Source of the DNA: Eledone cirrhosa
Taxonomy: Eukaryota
DNA length: 64,000 nt
Reading direction: 5' to 3'
Assembly: GCA_964016885.1 (NCBI GenBank)
Contig: OZ024742.1
Location: forward strand, 243,412,001-243,476,000
Part shown: positions 57,350 through 64,000 of the stretch, in pieces
Layout: each line of letters begins with the position of its first letter
Numbering within the stretch: position 1 is the stretch's first letter
Notes under the pieces: model-generated
Told to the model about the DNA's origin: nothing
The model's database searches: none
The model's input: only the letters and a program-made list of their open reading frames with translations
Program-made: the position numbers and the translations under genes

Positions 57350-58549
57350 CAAGGTTAACGTGACTGTGTTATGTTGTAAACCTCGAAAAGGCACATGACC
57401 AAGTTCCACAGGACCTCCTACTATGGAAGTTTCTACAGGTGTATGGACTCGATGGTCCGCTTCTTGTTGCCCTGGTGTCTCTATACGAATGCCTGAGTAT
57501 TTAGGTTCGGATAAATGGTGCTAAATCGGAACCATTCAATATGGGAGTCGGACTCCGCCAAGGGTGCATGCTGTCACCTCTCCTGTTCATTATCTACGTG
57601 AACAGGATTGACATGCGCAACTGAGTTAGAAGGAGTATCACGACTAGCAGATGTAGAATCAGTCAGCTGAAATTTGCAGACAACATGGTAATACTTAACT
57701 CATCAGAGGAGAATCTCCAACATGCCAGGTTTGATTCGGAATGCTGCACGGCTGGAATGAAAATCAGTGCTGCAAAAACTGAGACATTCGTCCTCTCAAG
57801 GAAACCTGCGCAGTGCACTTTATGTGTGAATGGAGTTCCACTGAAGCAGATTGAGAAGTTCAAGTATCTCGGGGCCATGTTCACGAGTGATGGAAGGCAG
57901 AAGGCTCAATTAAGTGCATGAATTGCTGGAGCTAGTGCAGTAATGCACCAGCTTCAACATTCGATAGTCAGAAGGGAGGTAGGTGTAAAAGCCAAACTCG
58001 CAATCTTCAATTAGGTATTTGTGGGGAGTGACCTAAAGAATACGATCACGAAAAGAAGCGGCCAAAATGGGGTTCCTCCGAAGGGTCTTTGGAGTAACGT
58101 TACTCAATAGAATGCGTAGCTCGGAGATCAGAAAGTCGTTCCAGGTAGAACCGCTACTTCTCCGAATTGAGAGATCACAGCTCCAATATTGTGGGTATGT
58201 GGTTAAAATGTCTCAGAAAACGATCACTGAACAGATCTTACGGGCAAAACCAATTGGCAGGAGACCTATGGGTAGACCCCAAGCAAGATGGTTGAATAAC
58301 ATCCATGAATTCGGCTGGTCTCGCTTGGGGATCCAGCCGAACTATTATATTTTATATGCAAAACCAAACGGCAGGAGACCCTCAGCAAGATGGTTGGATA
58401 ACATCTATGAGCTCGGCTGGTCTCCCTTAGGGATCCAGCTGGATCACTTGGAGATGGTTGCTTCTGAGAGGATCCGCTTTAGGACTCTACCCCCATGACC
58501 CTCTCAAGAAGAAGAAGAAGAAGAAGAAGAAGAAGAAGAAGAAGAAGAA
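57350..58549 (+). mobile_element. 5'-truncated RTE-clade LINE with (GAA)n tail
   Basis: LEKAHD, GVGLRQGCMLSPLLF, FADNMV, IEKFKYLGAMFTSDG, MGFLRRVFGVTLLNRMRSSEIR, GRRPMGRPQARW. Multiple stops, an internal duplication, and a (GAA)n tail at 58507-58549. Confidence 0.9.
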
Positions 58550-58616
58550 AATGGAAAAGGGCATTGGAGTGGAAACATCATGATAGAAATCGAATACTGA
58601 GAAGGCCTAAGCTGGC

Positions 58617-58833
58617 AGTCGATCGACTTTCGTCATATCGGACCAAGGAAACAATGTTACCGTTGGTCTTTCCAATTGCTAATACTCTCTATCGGTCGCA
58701 ACTCCAGGTAGAAGGAGCAACGTGAAATAAAGTGTCTTGCCCAAGGGCATAACACATCGCCCGGTTCGGGGATCTAACATACAACCTCACGATTGCGAAT
58801 CCAATTCTCTAACCACTCAGCCACGCGCCTTCA
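58617..58833 (-). mobile_element. Family-A SINE
   Basis: Reverse complement of 6647-6862. Confidence 0.85.
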
Positions 58834-59244
58834 CTTTGGCATAGTAAAGATGTTTTAAAATGATCTGAACGCAACAGACAAAATATACAGACCTGACACA
58901 AAACCATTGGTAGACCAGAGACAGGTATGGCGGGCGTGGACGGACAGATGTTTGGCATAAGATTAAACCACTAAACCATGAATAGGTTGTTGGTTGTCGA
59001 GAATTTAATAACGACTACAGTTGTTATTGTTTAATTCCGGATCAAACCTGATCAAGTAATCCTAGAAACAGAGAGATTCCAGCAATGACCTTCCTGTCAT
59101 TTTTAAAATATAATACATCTCGGGTGTAGTATATCCTTTTTTTTAAAAAACGGTAGGGAGCGATTCGATTGATATTTAGCAGATCGAGTGACCACATAAA
59201 GGCTTTCTTGTTGAGTTGCAAAGACAATGTTTGCTGAGGTTGAT

Positions 59245-59510
59245 CACTTCTTCTTCTTCTTCACTCACTTATTCCTGGGAGGGCCGTGGAGACAGAGTCC
59301 TCAAACACGCCTTCCAGTGAGTCCTATCAGAAACAACCATCCCCAATTGATCCGGCTGGATCCCCAAGCGAAACCAGCTGAGATGGTTAAAAATGTCTCG
59401 GGGAAAGAATCGCTGGACAGATTTTACAGGCAAAACCAGCCGGCAGTAGACCCAGGGGTAAACCCCGAGCAAGATGGTTGGGATAACATCCAAGAGTTGA
59501 TCAGTTGATA
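59245..59510 (-). mobile_element. Rearranged RTE 3' fragment
   Basis: 59247-59385 is the minus-strand RTE tail and 59385-59495 is a plus-strand RTE segment, indicating a 5' inversion. Confidence 0.7.
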
Positions 59511-60127
59511 ATCTCAATCAAATCATCAGTTGTCACTGAAAACAAACAGTCAAGCAACAATTCAAGAATGAAGAGTTTTGTCTAGAATATATTGATATGA
59601 TTCTTAATTTCTTTTAGAATCCAAGTAGATTATATCTTCCCACTATTACTACTACTACTACTACTACTCTGCTACTACCACTACTACTATTACTACTACC
59701 ACTACTGCCACTACCACAACCACTACTACTACTACTACTTATTGATTGATCCAAGTTGATCTCCGATTGTTGTCGTTCGCTATATCGAGATCAAGGATCA
59801 GGGATCACGAGGAGGTCGACAAACTTAGAATAATTTTGTCTCAAACATTAAAGTTAATTAGCGGAATTGTCTTTAATTAAGATTAATTACTTTGGATCCA
59901 TTTTACGATAATGAGCTTAAGCTTGTCAAGAATGGGATTTAAAAGATTTCATGTTTTAATTCTTTAACTCATTATATTCTTATAAGGGACATAAAATGTT
60001 AGGCAGGGTTAAATTTACTTCACAACCACATTATTCCAGGTTCAATTTAAGTGTCTTCTACCACAGCTTTGTATATCTCGTTGGAGGTGTCTTGGGTGAT
60101 TTAATGATAGGGACCCCGGTCCTGTCA

Positions 60128-60292
60128 TCTCATTTCTACAGCTGAGTAAACTGGAGCAACGTGAAATAAAGTGTCTTGCTCAAGGAAACAACACATCACC
60201 CGGTCTGAGAATTGAACTCACAACCTTTCGATTGCAAGCCCAATGCTCTAACTACTAAGCCATGCGCCTTGGTGAAGGCGCATGGTTTAGTG
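60128..60292 (-). mobile_element. Family-A-type SINE head and core
   Basis: CATTTCTACAGCTGAGTAAACTGGAGCAACGTGAAATAAAGTGTCTTGCTCAAGG, also found at 62190-62270. Confidence 0.8.
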
Positions 60293-60563
60293 CGCCTATA
60301 TATATTCGTATACATATACATATGTGTGTGTGTGTGTGTGTGTAGATGTATGTGTATATCAGCAAAGCACATGAACATCGGCTCGAAAACCTGTTTTGGT
60401 GGGGTCTGGGTTAACGAAGGCCCTCGCAGTGTTTGTTCTGCACAGACTTATAGACACTCCCTTGTCACTTTCGTCATTTAAAATGTAGTGACCCAGTGAT
60501 TGGCCACCTAGAAACATGTAACCAACGACGCAATTGTTCGCAATTGCTACATAAATAAATGAA

Positions 60564-60594
<31 letters not shown>

Positions 60595-62468
60595 GCTGCT
60601 ATTCTAGAATTTTATTGTTCACATTCTTCAGTAAAATCTGACAAAGAGCTGAATCATGACTGCCGAAATAGAGAAATTATTTCCACGTCTGCGCTCCAGT
60701 TGATTTTAAAAAATGTATTACATTTTATATGATGTTTGTAAACTACAATTTTCTTCTGAGAAACTTAGAACCTTTCTACCACCAACCACCAACAAAGCCC
60801 CTAGTTTCATATTAACACTCCCTTGGTGATTTTATTTTGGAAGGTAGCCACCATAAAAGTCTTCCTTTAAAATGCACGTATACTTAATTTTCTAATTCCA
60901 TTTATGTATCACTGATGAAGAAAATTATGATAAAAATTCAACAAATTTTCAGGCATTGTGCAAAACCAGAAGGAAATAATATATTCCAGCTGTTGATGTG
61001 TTGTTTAGTTTCGTTCTTTGAGGTTGGAACAGCTGAAAAAGCAGCTCTTCAATAGACGTGTTTATGCTTGTATATATATATATATGTGTGTATGTGTGTG
61101 TGTGTAAATATATGATTGTATGTGTGTGTGAATATATGATTGTATGTGTGTGTGTGTGTGTAAATATATGTAAATATGTATATATATGCATACATATATA
61201 CATATGTATGTGTATAAATATATGGTTGTATGTGCGTGTGTGTGTGTATGTATGTGTGTGTGTGTAAATATATGATTGTATATATATGCATACATATATA
61301 CACATAAACATGCATTTATATTTGCACATACATACATGCATACATACATACATACATTTATTTTGCACATACATACAGACATATATACAGACAGACAGAC
61401 AAACCAACAGATACGACGCTTGCGAACGATTACATCATCCAGTAATTACGAAGCTGCAGTGAGTGCAGTTTTGTCTTCAGCACGACTGGTCAGGGTAGCA
61501 GTAGAGGAATAGAAGTAAAGAATAGCTTATCTTTCGTGTACAGACGCAGAACAGAGTCATCAATCGTTCGATAATATTTACAGAAAGAAACTGGGTAGTT
61601 CCTGGTAAAATAACGCTCAGAGTTCTTATTTTAGAAGATGGCTTTTCTGTAGAGGATCGATGAGCGATAGTTTGTTGGAGTGGACTTATGAGAGAAAAAA
61701 AGGTGAGACAAGTGAATTGTGTGAGCTTAGATCAGAAGTTCTCAAAGTGGGTGCTACCGCCAGGTGGGGCGGGGGCGTTGATAAGATCCAAAGCGGCCCT
61801 GGGGCCTAAGGGGGCGATGCGGGCGGTAGAGATTATATGATAGTATATTAAATATCAAATGATACATATATACATATAGTAAAATAAAAAATATATAATA
61901 CTTATTTATCTAATCTAATCTAATCTAATCTGGCCGAGTTTATACTCGCAAATAAGAAGAACCAGGACCGCTCCTAGGTACTTCATATTTGTTTCGGTTG
62001 CAGAATACAATCAGGGGTCACTGTTTCTCCTGAAGGTCAATAGTTCTCTTCTAACTCGAGCAGGAGCACCTTTCCATTGTCAATTTGCATTGATCATCTG
62101 CAAAACCACATTGTTCTCAGAACCACTACACCAGTCTTTCGATGCGTGCAGTTGGAACTACTGCCACCCATTGATTTGGAAGGATCGCAACTCATTTCTA
62201 CAGCTGAGTAAACTGGAGCAACGTGAAATAAAGTGTCTTGTTCAAGGAGACAACACATCACCCGGTCCAAGTAATTATTTATACATAGTAATTATTATAT
62301 TATTTATTATGTATATAAATAGGGAGATACAAAGCTAGGGTTTGTTTACAAACGGCTAGCGAATTTGAAAATTAGGCAGTAACATGTGCTTACGCCGTAT
62401 TTGACTAAATATAATTAGTCTGTAAGTTGGGATTTTAAAAAACACTGAATGGAAAAAAGGATGAGTAT

Positions 62469-62539
62469 TGACGTACATGGGACACGAACCCACATATTTA
62501 GTTTGCCGGACCAATGTGTTACCATTACACCAACACACC
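62469..62539 (-). pseudogene. tRNA-like cloverleaf, probably a SINE head or tRNA pseudogene
   Basis: GGTGTGT-TG-GTGT-AATGGTA-ACAC-A-TTGGT-CCGGCAA-ACTAA-ATAT-GTGGG-TTCGTGT-CCCAT-GTACGTC-A. All four stems pair, but with many G.U pairs, C33 and no A58. Confidence 0.6.
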
Positions 62540-63099
62540 ACCCATGCTCCTTCCATTCTATATATAAATTAATGATTTTATTTATATATTATTTACAATT
62601 TGTGTGTAGGCAGGTCTCTCTGGAAATATGGGTGGGGGCGCAGAGAGTATTACGTGGCTTAGATGGAAGTGACATGAGATCAGCCAGTTCCGAAAAGCAG
62701 AGATCACTATCGTGGAAGTAGAATAGGTAGAGTGAAGAGACAAGGCAGTACGTCTGGATGTCAGAAGCTGGAGTGTGTTGGTGAGATTTCCGTACGTGTA
62801 GTAACAACAACGTCCCAGATGTGAGGGGAGGGGAGAATCCCATTCAGAGGGTCTTATTTGAGCTTTGTAAACAAAGCAACTGTTTACTGTTAAGACTGGA
62901 GTTTGTGTGGGAACAAATTGCTCCCTTCAAATGTCCAGGACTTTCATTTTGATCATTTCTGCCTTTTTCTATTGATGGTCTGGTGCACGATCCTTTTGCA
63001 ACCTGTGGTGTTGTAAAGTACGCAGTATTGTAATTTGTTGGTTGTGGATAGATTAGGGTACAGGTATAACTTTCATAAACTTTGATGGATCTCATATAT

Positions 63100-63445
63100 T
63101 AAAAGGGTAAAGCCTCCCTTCGGTAACGGATGACCATGGGATTTGCACCTAGAAAGTTTCCCTCCGAGGCACAAGTCCGGCGGGCAAGGTTGTTTGTGGA
63201 AGACAGCAGTCTCCCATGCATTCGAACCTACCCTCTCCACACCACCAATCATGTCCAAAGGAAAGGCAATGGCCGATACAGCTTGACACCAGTGACGTCG
63301 CAACTCATTTCTACAGCTGAGTAAACTCGAGCAACATGAAATAAAGTGTCTTACTCAAGGACACAACGCATCACCCAGTCCGAGAATCGAACTCACAACC
63401 TTCTGATTGCAAGTCCAATGCTCTAACTACTAAGCCATGCACCCT
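63100..63445 (-). mobile_element. Full-length tRNA-derived SINE with a distinct 3' region
   Basis: Minus-strand A box TGGCTTAGTAG, B box GTTCGATTC, shared core and an approximately 200-bp family-specific tail. Confidence 0.75.
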
Positions 63446-63514
63446 CATATATTACTTTAGTATCGTTGTTGTTTTTTGTTTTTGTTTATTATGAGTGTTC
63501 TTATAATGTTTAGA

Positions 63515-63910
63515 CTCCAAAACTGTTCAGTCAGCTTGCTTGTCACAGCACGAGGCTGGGTGGTGACAGTTGACCTGGAAAGGTGGTTGAAAACTCCATT
63601 AGATATCACTCAGTTCATGTTGAGACCAGACATCATGTTGGTTTCCAAGGTGACAAGACAGCTCATTCTAGTGAAGTTAACCGTGGCACGTGGGTGGAAG
63701 AGAGCCAAGTACCAGGAGTTGATGGAGAACTGCCACAGGAATAGATGGAGTGCCGAGAGCATGCCAGTTGGGGGTTGGCAGCTGAGGGTTTACAGTTCAA
63801 TCCATTAGCAAAACCTACAGAACTCTAAGCATTGCAAGACAAACTATCAAAAGCAACATGGCAGAAGTAGAGAGGGCATCTATTTTGTTGAAGAAAAGTA
63901 AGCGGTGGGG
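63515..63910 (+). pseudogene. HERO/R2-group non-LTR retrotransposon REL endonuclease fragment
   Basis: LLVTARGWVVTVDLERWLKTPLDITQFMLRPDIMLVSKVTRQLILVKLTV...KRAKYQELMENC matches the W..xDL..L..P...LRPDI...ELTV..KxxKY pattern. Confidence 0.8.
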
Positions 63911-64000
63911 TCAGTAGTATGTATGCCACTTGAACACACACTGAGGCTGGGCCCACCTCAGTTAAATCACCTGAATGAGGATGTAGGTTGTAAGAACGAA

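Noticed and set aside
61530-61700. Possible CR1/L2 RT fragment (PTNYRS-like) on the minus strand
   Set aside because: Too short and too degenerate to support.

Overview
AT-rich eukaryotic DNA packed with microsatellites ((TA)n, (CA)n, (TACA)n) and transposon remnants. The SINE and microsatellite make-up suggests a cephalopod, probably octopus (inference). The only host gene I can support is the 3' half of a fatty-acid-binding-protein (FABP/iLBP) gene on the + strand, with two spliced exons at 35582-35692 and 42262-42312. Mobile DNA includes two copies of an internally deleted mariner, a 5'-truncated R4/Dong-like LINE sitting inside (TACA)n, a Naiad-type Penelope-like element with an inverted 5' ORF segment, RTE, CRE-like, HERO-like and Tx1-like LINE fragments, a non-autonomous Helitron, several MITEs and about 30 tRNA-derived SINE copies in two main families. 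The most striking pattern is a set of several unrelated short fold-back (inverted-repeat) elements, mostly embedded in (TA)n, that carry minimal type-I hammerhead ribozyme motifs. Two of these families show the compensatory U3-A8 core variant. Nearly all long ORFs in the track are microsatellite translation artefacts. All calls were made by eye, without database searches.
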